Of a stretch of 64,000 bases of DNA, positions 46,258 through 56,132 are shown piece by piece. Below the pieces are notes generated by a model, which did not search any database, was not told the origin of the DNA, and saw only the letters and a program-made list of their open reading frames with translations. Position 1 is the first letter of the stretch; every line of letters begins with the position of its first letter. The DNA is from an uncultured Actinomycetes bacterium (GTDB lineage: Bacteria; Actinomycetota; Thermoleophilia; Gaiellales; Gaiellaceae): contig CAVUZM010000016.1 in the NCBI GenBank assembly GCA_963746005.1, forward strand, positions 100,064 through 164,063, read 5' to 3'. The translations under genes and the position numbers were made by a program.

Positions 46258-46929
46258 CTACCCGCGCTCGACGCGCGAGCCGCCGACGATCGCCTCGCGG
46301 CCGCCGGCGAAGCGGACGAGCGCCTTGCCCTTGCCGTCGTAGTCGGGCGACCAGACGACGAGGGTCGCCGCCTCGCCGCCGACGTGCACGGCCTCCGTGC
46401 CCTCGGGCTCGACGCCGCGCCAGACACGGACGAACGGGTTCTCCTCCCACTCGCGGCCGATCGTCGTCTCGTCGGTGTGGCCGGGCAGGACGCGCGTCTC
46501 GGGCGGGAGCGTCATCAGCACGTCCATCACCGAGCGGCGGATCGCGGCCACGTCGGCGCCGCCGCCGACCGCGTCGCGGAAGAGCGTGTCGCCCGTGAAG
46601 CAGGCGATGCCGTTACAGAGGAACGCGAGCCCGTCGGGCGAGTGGCCCGGTGTCTCGAGCGCCTCGAAGACGAGGCCGCCCGTCTCGAGCGGGCCCTTGA
46701 CGATCGTGACGCCGTACCGCGCGACGAGCTCGTCGTCGCCCGCGACGTGGTCGCCGTGGCCGTGCGTGGTGAGCAGGTGCGTGACGTTCAGCCCCTCCTC
46801 CTCCACCGCCGCGAAGAGCGGCGCGAGCGGCGCGCCCGAGTCGACGAACACCGCCGTCCCGCCCGGCTCGTCGGCGACGAGATAGGCGTTCGAGAGCCAG
46901 CCCGGATCCATGCTCCGCACGATCAGCAC
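46258..46929 (-). CDS. MBL-fold metallo-hydrolase (glyoxalase II-like) with a C-terminal extension
   Basis: THGHGDH motif, ..TPGHSPD.., ..LPGH... Confidence 0.8.
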   Translation of the reverse strand: MLIVRSMDPGWLSNAYLVADEPGGTAVFVDSGAPLAPLFAAVEEEGLNVTHLLTTHGHGDHVAGDDELVARYGVTIVKGPLETGGLVFEALETPGHSPDGLAFLCNGIACFTGDTLFRDAVGGGADVAAIRRSVMDVLMTLPPETRVLPGHTDETTIGREWEENPFVRVWRGVEPEGTEAVHVGGEAATLVVWSPDYDGKGKALVRFAGGREAIVGGSRVERG

Positions 46930-46967
46930 GAGCGGTACGCTACTCCCGAAACCGAGAAGGAGGAAGG

Positions 46968-47700
46968 ATGACGGGCTTGATCTCGCGCGCCTCGGCGATC
47001 ACCAAGGCGAAGGTCTCGAAGCTGCTCGACCGGGCGGAGGATCCCGGCGAGACTCTCGACTACTCGTACGAGAAGCAGCTCGAGCTGCTCCAGAACGTGA
47101 AGCGCGGCCTCGCCGACGTCGTCACCGCGAAGAAGCGCCTCCAGCTCCAGCAGGCCCAGCTCGAGCAGAGCGTCGTCAAGCTCGACGGGCAGGCCCACGA
47201 GGCGGTCGCCGCCGGCAGCGAGGATCTCGCCCGCACGGCGCTCGAGCGCAAGTCGGCGATCCAGCAGCAGCTCCAGGGGCTCGACGCCCAGGTGCAGCAG
47301 CTCCAGGCCCAGCAGGACAAGCTCGTCGCCTCCGAGCAGCAGCTCCAGGCGAAGGTCGAGGCGTTCCGCTCGCAGAAGGAAGTGATCAAGGCGCAGTACT
47401 CCGCCGCCGAGGCCCAGGTGAAGATCGGCGAGGCGGCGACCGGGATCGGCGAGCAGATGGCCGACACCGGGCTCGCGATCCAGCGCGCGAAGGACAAGAC
47501 CGAGCAGATGCAGGCCCGCGCCGGCGCGATGGACGAGCTGATCGACTCCGGCGCGCTCGAGGACGTCACCGCCTACCGGCGACGACATCGACCGGCAGCT
47601 CGCGGCGCTCTCGTCCAAGAGCCAGGTCGACGACGAGCTGGCGAAGATCAAGGCCGAGGTCGGGACCGGCGACGACAAGCCGAAGGAGCTCTCCTCGTGA
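46968..47700 (+). pseudogene. pspA: PspA/IM30-family protein, one frameshift near the C-terminus
   Basis: Long coiled coil (..YEKQLELLQNVKRGLADVVTAKKRLQLQ..). The C-terminal GDDIDRQLAALSSKSQVDDELAKIKAEVG..* is in the +1 frame. An extra base lies near 47577. Confidence 0.8.
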
Positions 47701-47987
47701 TCGTCCGCCTGATGCACGAGGGGCAGTACGAGGTTCCCGACTCGCTGCGCGACGAGCTGAACGCGGCCGACGACCGTGCGCTCACGGCGCTCGCGAACGG
47801 CGACGTCGAGGCGCTCAACGCGAGCATCGACGAGATGTGGGAGCTCGTGCGCGCGAACGGCGACCCGCTGCCGGCGAACGAGCTGACTCCCGGCTCCGAC
47901 GTGATCGTGCCGCCGTCCGACCTCACGCTCGAGGAGGCGCAGGAGCTGCTCACCGGGGAGGGCCTGATCCCCGACCTGCCCGGCTAG
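47697..47987 (+). CDS. PspA-associated small protein (PspAA-like)
   Basis: 96 aa, VIVRLMHEGQYEVPDSL..ELN..D... GTGA overlap with the pspA stop. The family name is from memory of actinobacterial pspA operons. Confidence 0.55.
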   Translation: MIVRLMHEGQYEVPDSLRDELNAADDRALTALANGDVEALNASIDEMWELVRANGDPLPANELTPGSDVIVPPSDLTLEEAQELLTGEGLIPDLPG

Positions 47988-47990
47988 CGC

Positions 47991-49059
47991 ATGGAGGCCG
48001 CGCCGATCTTCGTCGTCGGCGCCTCGCGGTCCGGGACGAACCTGCTCCGCGCTCTGCTCAACGCGCACGACGAGGTGTGGATCTCGCCCGAGACCCACTA
48101 CTTCGACGACCTGCGCCCGCGCCTGGCGAGCGGCGGCACGGCCGCGCTCGAGCCCGGGGAGCGGGAGCGGTGCGAGAGCTACTTCCTCGCGCTCGCGCAC
48201 CGCGCCTACGGGCAGGAAGGCGATCCCGCCGCCGCCCGGGTCGACCGCGACGAGCTCAGGGCGCTCGCCGCCGAGCTCGGCGGCAGCGGCGACGCGTACT
48301 TCGAGGCGCTCTGCCTGATCCGGGCCCGGCTCCATGCGAGACCCCGCTGGGGCGAGAAGACGCCGCGCCACGTGTACCGGATCACGGAGATGCTCGAGGC
48401 CTTTCCCGGCGCGAAGGTCGTCTGCCTCGTGCGCGACCCGCGCGCGGTGATCGCCTCCTACCGCGACTGGCACACGGCCGGCGCGAAGGAGGGCGAGTGG
48501 AACGACGACGACGCGCTCGCGGCCGACCGGGAGCGAACGCGGCGCTCGTACAACATCGTCCTGATGAGCTACCTCTGGCGCGGGGTCGTGCAGGCCTCCT
48601 ACGAGGCGCTCCGGCTCCACGGCGCCGACCGCGTCTACGTGCAGCGCTTCGAGCGGATCGCCACCGACCCGGAGGGCGAGACGCGCGCCCTGTGCGCGTG
48701 GCTCGGGCTCGAGTACGAGCCCGCGATGCTGGCGATCCCCGTCGTCAACAGCTCCTACGCGTCGTCGGGCGAGGCAGGCGGCGTCTCGAGCGAGCCGGTC
48801 GAGCGCTGGCGGACCACGCTCTCGGCGAGCGAGATCTCGGTGATCCAGCGCTGCTGCGGCGGGATGATGGACGAGCTGGGCTACGAGAAGGTGCCCGTGC
48901 CGCGGCCTACGGGGCCTGGCGTGGGCGTGGGCGACGGTACCGTTCGCCGTGGTCAGGGCGACCGCCCTGAACAGGCGGCGGCTCGGCCGGATGAGCCACG
49001 CCGTCCGGCGCCGCGCCGGCGCTGCGCTGCGGCGCGGCCCGCTGTTGCCCGGCCGCTAG
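47991..49059 (+). CDS. Sulfotransferase-family protein (probable frameshift near 48900)
   Basis: PAPS-binding PIFVVGASRSGTNLL and ..GEKTPRHV..VCLVRDPRAV... The same frame then runs on antisense to the next gene as far as 49613. A plausible hydrophobic tail (..LAWAWATVPFAVVRATALNRRRLG..*) ends at TAG 49057-49059 in the +1 frame. Confidence 0.65.
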
Positions 49060-49610
49060 ACCGGCGCGTCGAACATGCCGAACCACTTCGAGAGGTCGCT
49101 CTCGATCGGCAGCTCCTGCTCGAGCTTCGCCTTCAGCTCGAGCTCCTTCGCGTTGTCGCGCTCCTGGCCGCCCGTGGGCACGAAGGGCCAGAACACGCCG
49201 CCCTTGTAGCCGTACACCCAGTAGACGGGATGCTCGTCGCCCTTGAAGCGGAACAGCGCCGCGAGCAGCCGGTCGCCGAAGCCCTGCTGCTCGAGCTCCG
49301 AGGCGAGCAGGTGGATGCCCGCGACCGCGTCCTCGAGCTCCGGGTCGCCGACGATCACCCACTCGTAGCCGAAGCTGTCGGTCTCGCGGGTGACCTTCGA
49401 GCCCGAGTCCTGCGCGACCGAGTCGAGCAGCTCGTCGGCGGCCTTCACCACGTCGTCGAACGCGCTCGCCGAGAGTGGCTTGAAGACGAGTGCGGCCTTG
49501 CCCGCGAAGACGAGGCCGAGGTCGACCTGGAGCGTGACCGCCGCCGTGGTGAGCGCGAACAGGCGCTCGTCGGCCGGCTGCTTCAGCTTCGAATTGCCGA
49601 ACAGGCCCAC
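49056..49610 (-). CDS. Conserved hypothetical protein, possibly PspA-associated PspAB-like
   Basis: 184 aa, MGLFGNSKLKQP..RDNAKELELKAKLEQELPIESDLSKWFGMFDAP. The GTG start shares one base with the htpX stop (TAGTG). Confidence 0.5.
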   Translation of the reverse strand: MGLFGNSKLKQPADERLFALTTAAVTLQVDLGLVFAGKAALVFKPLSASAFDDVVKAADELLDSVAQDSGSKVTRETDSFGYEWVIVGDPELEDAVAGIHLLASELEQQGFGDRLLAALFRFKGDEHPVYWVYGYKGGVFWPFVPTGGQERDNAKELELKAKLEQELPIESDLSKWFGMFDAPV

Positions 49611-50542
49611 TAGGCGAAACGGGCCGGCCCATCTCGCGCGCGATCTCCGCCAGCTTCGCGAGACGCTTCTCGAGCGGCGGGTGGTCCATGAACAGCTCCG
49701 CGGTCTTCTGCCTGACGGTGGTCGGGATGATGAAGAACGCGTTCATCGCCGCGACGTCGCGCAGGTCCTTTTGCGGGATCACGGCGATCTGGCCCGTGAT
49801 CTTCTGCAGCGCGCTCATCAGGTGCTCCGGCGCGCCGGTGATCAGCGCCGAGCCGCGGTCGGCCGCGTACTCGCGGTAGCGGGAGAGCGTGCGGATCAGC
49901 ACCCAGCTGATCGCGTAGACCACGATCGAGATCACGAGCACGGCCAGCCAGACCGGGACGCCGTTCTGGTTGTTGTTGCTCGAGCGGTTGCTGCCGAAGC
50001 CGCCGCCGAACATGCCCGCGTACAGGCCGAACCGGGTCAGGAGCCCGGCGAGCATCGCGAAGAAGCTCGCGAAGGTCATCACGAGCACGTCGCGGTTGAG
50101 CGACGTGCGAGAGCTCGTGTGCGAGCACGCCCTCGATCTCCTCGGGCTCCAGCCGGCGCATCAGCCCGCTCGTGACCGCGACCGCGGCGTGCTTGGGGTT
50201 GCGGCCGGTCGCGAAGGCGTTCGGCATGTCGGTGTCGATGATCGCCACCTTCGGCTTGGGCAGGTCGGTCATCGCGCAGAGCCGCTCGACCATCGCGTGC
50301 AGCTCGGGGGCCTGCTCGGGGGTCACGACCTTCGCGCCGGAGGCGGCGAGGGCGAGCTTGTCCGAGGTGTAGTACTGGAAGAAGGCGAGGCCGACGACGA
50401 TCAGGATCATCGGGATCAGGGCCACGTTGAGGACCTGCAGGAGCACGACGGCGAAGACGACGTAGAGCAGGCCGAGCAGGAACGTGGTGAAGAGCATCCT
50501 GCTGGTGAGCCCGGCATCCCGACCGTAGGACTTGCGTTTCAT
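49610..50542 (-). pseudogene. htpX: Zinc metalloprotease HtpX, frame-disrupted (at least two switches)
   Basis: HELSHV zinc motif in one frame, then LNRDVLVMTFASFF..EYAADRGSA..FMDHPPLEKRLAKL in another. An extra base lies near 50100. A return to the first frame is needed near 49615-49640 to reach the TAG. Confidence 0.85.
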
Positions 50543-50582
50543 CGAGAATCAAGCCTCCTTGGAGGCGTCGAGGGACAGACTC

Positions 50583-51916
50583 ATGGTAGCTACGGCGATG
50601 GCGATCGCCGCGCTGGTGGTTGCGCCCGCGGCCGGCGCAAGGTGCACGTCGTCGCCGACCCCTGGGCGCACGGAGGCGCGCTCGGGCTGCTCGTCCCCGG
50701 CGACGGCGTCACCGTGACGCGAGCCGGAGCGCTCGCCGTGATCGCGAAGCAGCGCCCACCGGCCGGAGTCGAGATCTACGTCGCGCTGCCGCCGCCGGGC
50801 CGGACGCACAACATCCGCCGTTACCCGATCGCCGTCGTCGGGGCCGGGTACTCGGGCCTGCTGACGTCGAGCGCGACGCGGATCCCGGGGCTCGTCTCGA
50901 TCCGCGACCTCGACCGCCTCTCCTCGCAGCCGGACTCGCACCCGCGCGCCACCCTCGAGCGGCTCGACCGGCGGCTCCACCAGGCCCACGACGCGCGAAA
51001 CGGCGGGATCCTCGTCGTGATGTTCTCGGGGCTCGTGCTCGCGGGGCTCGCGCTGCTGTTCCGCTCCGCGTGGCTCGCTCGGGCCGGGGTGCTCTCGATC
51101 CCCGCGTCGCTCTCTGCGGCGCTGCTGATCTCGGCGCTCGGCGGCTCCCGGCCGGCGGCCACGATCACGGCGCTCGCGGTGCTGACCGTGGCCGCCGCGC
51201 TCGGGCTCGCGCGGCTTCCCCTGCCCGCCGTGGTGACCGGCTTCCTCGCGCTCTACCTGGTCGTGCTCGCGGTCTGGCCCGAGGTGAACGCGCTCGCGAT
51301 CGTCGGCCCGCACCCCGACGGCGGCGGGCGCTACTACGGGATCACGAACGAGGTCGAGACGCTGATGCTCGCACCGGTGCTCGTCGCGGCGACCGCCTGG
51401 TTCTGGCCGGTCGCCGCGCTCGCGCTCGCGAACGTGGCCTGGAGCAAGGCCGGCGCGGACGGCGGCGGGATCCTGGTCTTCGCGGTCGGCCTCGCGACGC
51501 TGCGGCTGCGGCTCGCGGGGCGCGAGCTGACCGTGCGCCGCGTCGCCGCAGTCGTCGTCTTCGCGGTCGCGCTCGGGCTCGCGCTCGTGGGCATCGACGC
51601 CGCACTCGGGGGCTCGAGCCACGTCGACCGCGCGGTCGGAGGCGGCCCGGTCCACGTGCTCGGCGTGCTCGGCCATCGCGTGCGCGCCAACTGGGACGGA
51701 GTCTCGAGGACGTGGTACTCGGCGCTGATCGCAGGGCTCACCGGGGCCGCGTGCGTGATGTTCGCCTTCCTCCGCCCGCGCGTCGCCGCGCTCGACGCGC
51801 TGCTCGTCGCGCTGGTGGTCTCGCTGCTCGTGAACGACTCCGCCGTCGACGTCTTCGGCTTCGGTGCGCTGGGGTGCGCCGTCGTCTGGACGTGGGGTAG
51901 ACTCGCCCAGCGATGA
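50583..51916 (+). CDS. Polytopic membrane protein of unknown function (possible N-terminal frameshift)
   Basis: About 9 TM helices from ~51000 onward. A signal-like MVATAMAIAALVVAPAAGA starts at ATG 50583 but lies in a different frame from the body, with a switch needed near 50635. The alternative is an in-frame GTG at 50643. Confidence 0.55.
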
Positions 51917-52299
51917 AGCGCGCCGGCCTCCTGATCGCCCTCCCGCTTCTGCTCCTCGCCGCCGGTTGCGGCTACGAGGGGACGGTGAGCGCGACGCCGC
52001 AGACGGTGATCGGCAAGGTCGCGGCGCCCCCGGCTCAGCCGGTCACGAACCTCAAGGGCGACCCGGTCGCGGGCAAGACGGTGTTCATGAGCGCGGGCTG
52101 CGGAGGCTGCCACACGCTCAAGGACGCGGGCACGACCGGCACCGTCGGGCCGAACCTCGACGAGAAGAAGCCGCCGCTCGCCAAGGCGCTCCTGCGCGTC
52201 ACCTACGGAAAGTCGCCGATGCCCTCGTTCAAGGGCCAGCTGACCCCGCAGCAGATCGCCGACGTGGCCGCCTACGTCGTCCAGGCGACCTCGGGCTGA
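51913..52299 (+). CDS. Class I c-type cytochrome, probable lipoprotein
   Basis: Lipobox-like LLLAAGC, a single CGGCH heme motif, and a distal ..KSPMPSF... ATGA overlap with the upstream gene. Confidence 0.85.
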   Translation: MKRAGLLIALPLLLLAAGCGYEGTVSATPQTVIGKVAAPPAQPVTNLKGDPVAGKTVFMSAGCGGCHTLKDAGTTGTVGPNLDEKKPPLAKALLRVTYGKSPMPSFKGQLTPQQIADVAAYVVQATSG

Positions 52300-53114
52300 T
52301 CCTCCCGGACGACTTCCCCCGCGACGTCCAGGCCTTCGCCTGCGACCTCGATCGCACCCTCGTCGGCCAGGATGCGCTGCTCCATCCCCGCACGATCGCA
52401 GCGTTCGCCGCGGCGCGCGCGCGCGGGATCCACGTGATCGTCGTCACCGGGCGGATGTTCCGCTCCGTGCGGCCCTACGTGCAGGAGGCCGGCCTCGACG
52501 AGCCGGTGATCTGCTACCAGGGCGCCGTCGTCGCCGACCCCGGAAGCGGCGAGTTCCTCCTGCACATCCCGATCCCGCTCGAGCTGGCGCAGGAGACGAT
52601 CGCCGCCGTCGAGGCGGCCGGCTTCGGCCTCAACTGCTACGTCGACGACAACCTCTACGTGGCCGAGGTGACCGAGTGGGCGCGGGCGTACGCCGACTTC
52701 CAGAACCTGCCGATCGAGGCGGTCGGCGACCTGCGGGGCTGGCTGACCGCGCCGCCGACGAAGCTCGTCGCCGTCGGCGACCCGGAGGCGATCGACGTGC
52801 TCCAGGTCGAGATGCGGGAGCGCTTCGGCGACCGGCTGTACATCTCGAAGTCGCTGCCGTACTTCCTCGAGTTCGCGAGCCCGGAGGTGTCGAAGGGGTC
52901 GGGGCTCGGCTTCCTCGCGGAGCGGCTCGGGTTCGCGGCCGCTCGGACGGTCGCGGTCGGCGACGGGGAGAACGACCGTGAGCTGCTCGACTGGGCCGGT
53001 TACGCCGTCTGCGTCGAGGACTCGCACCCGTCGCTCTTCGGGCGCGCCGACCTCGTGATCCCCGGCCCCGAGGACGACGGGGTGGCGCAGATGATCGAGA
53101 GCTACCTGTCCTAG
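52296..53114 (+). CDS. Cof-type HAD-IIB hydrolase
   Basis: FACDLDRTL (DxD), VTGR, and GDGENDRELL motifs. No canonical start is in frame; CTG 52296 overlaps the cytochrome stop. Start is uncertain. Confidence 0.75.
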   Translation: MILPDDFPRDVQAFACDLDRTLVGQDALLHPRTIAAFAAARARGIHVIVVTGRMFRSVRPYVQEAGLDEPVICYQGAVVADPGSGEFLLHIPIPLELAQETIAAVEAAGFGLNCYVDDNLYVAEVTEWARAYADFQNLPIEAVGDLRGWLTAPPTKLVAVGDPEAIDVLQVEMRERFGDRLYISKSLPYFLEFASPEVSKGSGLGFLAERLGFAAARTVAVGDGENDRELLDWAGYAVCVEDSHPSLFGRADLVIPGPEDDGVAQMIESYLS

Positions 53115-53125
53115 ACTCACTCGCT

Positions 53126-54329
53126 GTGATCGACCTCAAGGCGGCCCGCAGCGACCCGGACGGCTTTCGCGCCGCGCTCGCGCGCAAGGGTGCCGCGGAG
53201 GCCTTCGACGAGCTGCTCGCGGCCGACGAGCGCTGGCGCGCGCTCGTACCCCGCGTCGACGACCTGCGCGGCCGCCAGAAGCTGAAGGGCAAGCCGACCC
53301 CGGAGCAGCTCGAGGAGCTCGCCGCGCTGAAGGACGAGCTGAAGGCGGCCGAGGAGGAGCTCGCCGCCGCGGAGGCCGTCCGGGACGAGGCGCTCGCCCG
53401 GGTCCCGAACCCGCCGGATCCCTCGGCGCCCGACGGGACGACCGACGAGGACGCCGTCGAGATCCGGCGCTGGGGCGAGCTGCCGCAGCTCGCGGAGCCG
53501 AAGGAGCACACGGAGGTGGGCCGCTTCGACATGGAGCGCGCCGCGCGGCTCTCCGGCTCCCGCTTCGGCTACCTGCTCGGCGACACGGCGCTGCTCGCCT
53601 TCGCGCTGTACCGCTTCGCGCTCGACCGGCTCGTCTCCGCCGGCTTCACGCCGATGCTGCCGCCGGTGCTCGTCCGCGAGGAGGCGATGTACGGCACCGG
53701 CTTCTTCCCCACGGAGCGCTCGAACATCTACGCGCTCGAGGGCGACGACCTGTACCTGACCGGCACGTCCGAAGTGGCCCTCGCAGGCCTGCACATGGGC
53801 GAGATCCTCGAGGAGCCCGAGCTGCCGCTCCGGTACACCGCCTTCTCGACCTGCTTCCGGCGCGAGTCCGGCTCCGCGGGCCGGGACACGCGCGGGATGT
53901 TCCGCGTCCACCAGTTCAACAAGGTGGAGATGTTCGTGTTCACGAAGCCGGCGGACTCCGGCGCCGAGCACGAGCGGCTGCTCGGGATCGAGGAGGAGAT
54001 CGTGCAGGCGCTCGGGCTGCCCTACCGCGTCGTCAACGTCGCGGCCGGCGACCTCGGCGATCCGGCGGTGAAGAAGTACGACATCGAGGCGTGGTTCCCG
54101 TCGCAGGAGCGCTACCGCGAGATCACGTCCTGCTCGAACACGACCGACTTCCAGGCCCGCAGGCTCGGGATCCGCTACCGGTCGGAGAGCGGCGGGCTCG
54201 AGACCGTCGCACACGCTGAACGGCACCGCGGTCACCGACCGGGCCGCGCTCGCGATCCTCGAGAACTTCCAGGGCGAGGTGCCCGAGGTGCTGCTGGCCT
54301 ACGGCGCGCCCGCGCGGATCTCGCGCTAG
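53126..54329 (+). pseudogene. serS: Serine--tRNA ligase, one frameshift near the C-terminus
   Basis: N-terminal coiled-coil arm plus class II motifs (FRRESGSAGRDTRGMFRVHQFNKVE, ..CSNTTDFQARRL..). The C-terminal TLNGTAVTDRAALAILENFQG..* is in the +1 frame. An extra base lies near 54208. Confidence 0.9.
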
Positions 54330-54832
54330 TTGTTCAGCTCGACGTTGCGCACCTTGTCGAGGGTGAAGTCCCACCAGGCGTGGTCCACCCCGGGCCCGCC
54401 GTCGACGACGTCCTTCTGCCCGTCGTAGGCGAAGATCGTGTCGTTGCCGGGCCCGCCGAGGATCGTGTCGTGGCCGCTCGAGCCCTCGAGCTTGTCGTTC
54501 CCGGGGCCGCCCTCGATCAGGTCGTTGCCGGCGCCGCCGGAGATCAGGTCGTTGCCGTCGCCGCCGATCAGCACGTCGTTTCCGCCGTTGCCGACGATCG
54601 TGTCGTCGCCGCCGAGCCCGCAGATCACGTCGCGCCCCTCGGTGCCGACGAGGAGATCGGGGCCCGGGGTGCCCGTGATCGTGCAGGCCGAGGCGTTCGC
54701 GGCGCCGCCCTGGAGGGCCAGCACGCACGCGGCCGCGGCCGCCACGTGAACCGCGCCGATGAACCACCTCCCGGGGGAAGAGTGAACCGGCGGCGCGCGT
54801 GCCACGGTGGGTGCGGCGTCGGACGAGGGCAC
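54326..54832 (-). CDS. Secreted calcium-binding protein with RTX-type nonapeptide repeats
   Basis: Signal-like WFIGAVHVAAAAACVLALQGGAANA, then about 7 GGxGxDxLx repeats (GGDDTIVGNGGNDVLIGGDGNDLISGGAGNDLIEGGPGND..). Confidence 0.75.
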   Translation of the reverse strand: MPSSDAAPTVARAPPVHSSPGRWFIGAVHVAAAAACVLALQGGAANASACTITGTPGPDLLVGTEGRDVICGLGGDDTIVGNGGNDVLIGGDGNDLISGGAGNDLIEGGPGNDKLEGSSGHDTILGGPGNDTIFAYDGQKDVVDGGPGVDHAWWDFTLDKVRNVELNN

Positions 54833-54941
54833 AGAAAGAAGACCGACGCGAAAGGAACCAGATGGCTGCGGCAGAGCTCAGGCGCAAACTGCGGAACTTC
54901 CCGACGGCATCCCTCCACCTGCGCATCGCGACCTCATCCTC

Positions 54942-55295
54942 CTAGGTCGCGGCGCGCAGCGCCGTCCCGGGCGAGAGTCCGCGCCGTGCTGCTTCCCCGG
55001 CGGGAAGCTCGAGCACGGCGCGGGCCCTCAGACGGGCGGACGCCCGCCACGGGCGCACGTCCGCTGCCACCTTCACCACCACCTGGTCGGAGTCCAGGAA
55101 CACGGCGTCGATCGGGAAGCGCATGAAGGCCGTGTGAATCGACGAGGCCTTCTCGAGCAGCAGTCCCTCCCCCTCCTCCAGGCCCTTGCGGCCGAGCAGG
55201 CCGCGCATCTTCTGGAGCGACGAGCGCGCGACGACGCACCGCTCGCACACCGGCCTGCCGTCCACGTGCTGTAGCCGGATCTCCACGCTCACCAC
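54942..55295 (-). CDS. DUF192-domain protein
   Basis: ..MRGLLGRKGLEEGEGLLLE..IHTAFMRFPIDAVFLD....VLELPAG.. pattern. The start is ambiguous: several GTGs at 55286-55295, and the ORF extends to 55403. Confidence 0.7.
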   Translation of the reverse strand: MVSVEIRLQHVDGRPVCERCVVARSSLQKMRGLLGRKGLEEGEGLLLEKASSIHTAFMRFPIDAVFLDSDQVVVKVAADVRPWRASARLRARAVLELPAGEAARRGLSPGTALRAAT

Positions 55296-55720
55296 CCGAG
55301 CACGATGCGCGGGCCGAACACGAGCTCGATCAACCTGCGGCGTCGGTTGCGTCCTCTTCTCGGCATCCCGGTCCTTCCTTCCCTCTGTGCGCCGGGGCCG
55401 CAAACATCGACGCGAATTGCAGTGACCGGGTTATCGCCCTGACTGCCCCGTTTCCCCCTCCCCCTAAACGGTGATCCCGAGGGCGAATCATCAGAAAGAG
55501 GGATTGGCCGGAGAGGCCGATCGAACGATGATTGGCCCACACGAATACCCGAAGGCGTTGCGGCCGCCGAGGTGTTGTTGGAGGAAACTGAGGGGTGGCC
55601 GCATCAATCGCTTTCGCGAGATGATTCGGTATCACACTCGGAATATCCGCCTCCAAAGGCGTCTCGGCATTTCCGCTTCGCCTTCAGTGCCCGCTATCTC
55701 TGGGGAGGAGGTGAGCTTAC

Positions 55721-55900
55721 ATGACGATTTCTGAGTGGTATGGCTTTGCGCGTGACATGTGGCGCAAGCAGGAGGGGCAGACCATGGCCGAGTACGGCGT
55801 CGTTCTGGCCGTGATCGCGGTCACCGCCGTCGTCGCCTTCACCGCACTGTCGACGGGGATCTCCGGTTCCATCGGCAAGGTGACCAACCTGTTGAAGTAA
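55721..55900 (+). CDS. flp: Flp-family type IVb pilin (59 aa, below the ORF-track cutoff)
   Basis: MTISEWYGFARDMWRKQEG|QTMAEYGVVLAVIAVTAVVAFTAL.. with the Flp processing motif G/xxxxEY. GGAGGAGG RBS. Confidence 0.85.
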   Translation: MTISEWYGFARDMWRKQEGQTMAEYGVVLAVIAVTAVVAFTALSTGISGSIGKVTNLLK

Positions 55901-55934
55901 GCAGCAGGCACGTAGGAGGGAAGGGGAAGGAAGC

Positions 55935-56119
55935 GATGTCTCAGGTTCACCGAGATAGCCGAGTTCCTTCGCGCGATCCGCAGGCGCGAAGAGGGACAGA
56001 CGATGGTCGAGTACGGCGTCACGCTCACTGTGATCTGTGTTGCGACCGTCTCTGTCTTCGCGGCGCTGTCGGGTGGCATCGCCGGAATGATCGACAAGGT
56101 GACCGGCCTGCTTCCGTAG
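55935..56119 (+). pseudogene. flp: Second Flp-family pilin, +1 frame offset directly after its ATG
   Basis: A strong RBS precedes ATG 55935. The pilin frame (..LRFTEIAEFLRAIRRREEG|QTMVEYGVTLTVICVATVSVFAAL..LLP*) is open from 55937 but has no start codon. Removing T 55938 joins the ATG to it. Confidence 0.7.
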
Positions 56120-56132
56120 CAGTCCGAGCAAA

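Noticed and set aside
47991-49613. Sulfotransferase ORF extending to 540 aa
   Set aside because: Beyond about residue 300 the translation becomes Arg/Pro/Ala-rich and runs antisense through the 184-aa gene. A shorter protein ending at TAG 49057-49059 after a frame correction is more plausible.
54400-54720. Short periodic DNA repeats that could be mistaken for a CRISPR-like or tandem-repeat array
   Set aside because: The 27-nt periodicity is the coding signature of the RTX nonapeptide repeats (GGxGxDxLx) of the gene at 54326-54832. There are no spacers or leader.
54326-54832. RTX protein as part of a toxin/type I secretion system
   Set aside because: There is no ABC exporter, MFP or acyltransferase nearby. 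The protein is tiny and has an N-terminal signal-like segment rather than a C-terminal T1SS signal.
55471-55734. 87-aa ORF in the flp upstream region
   Set aside because: It has no RBS, an Arg-rich low-complexity translation, and it overlaps the flp1 RBS and start. It is more likely non-coding regulatory DNA.
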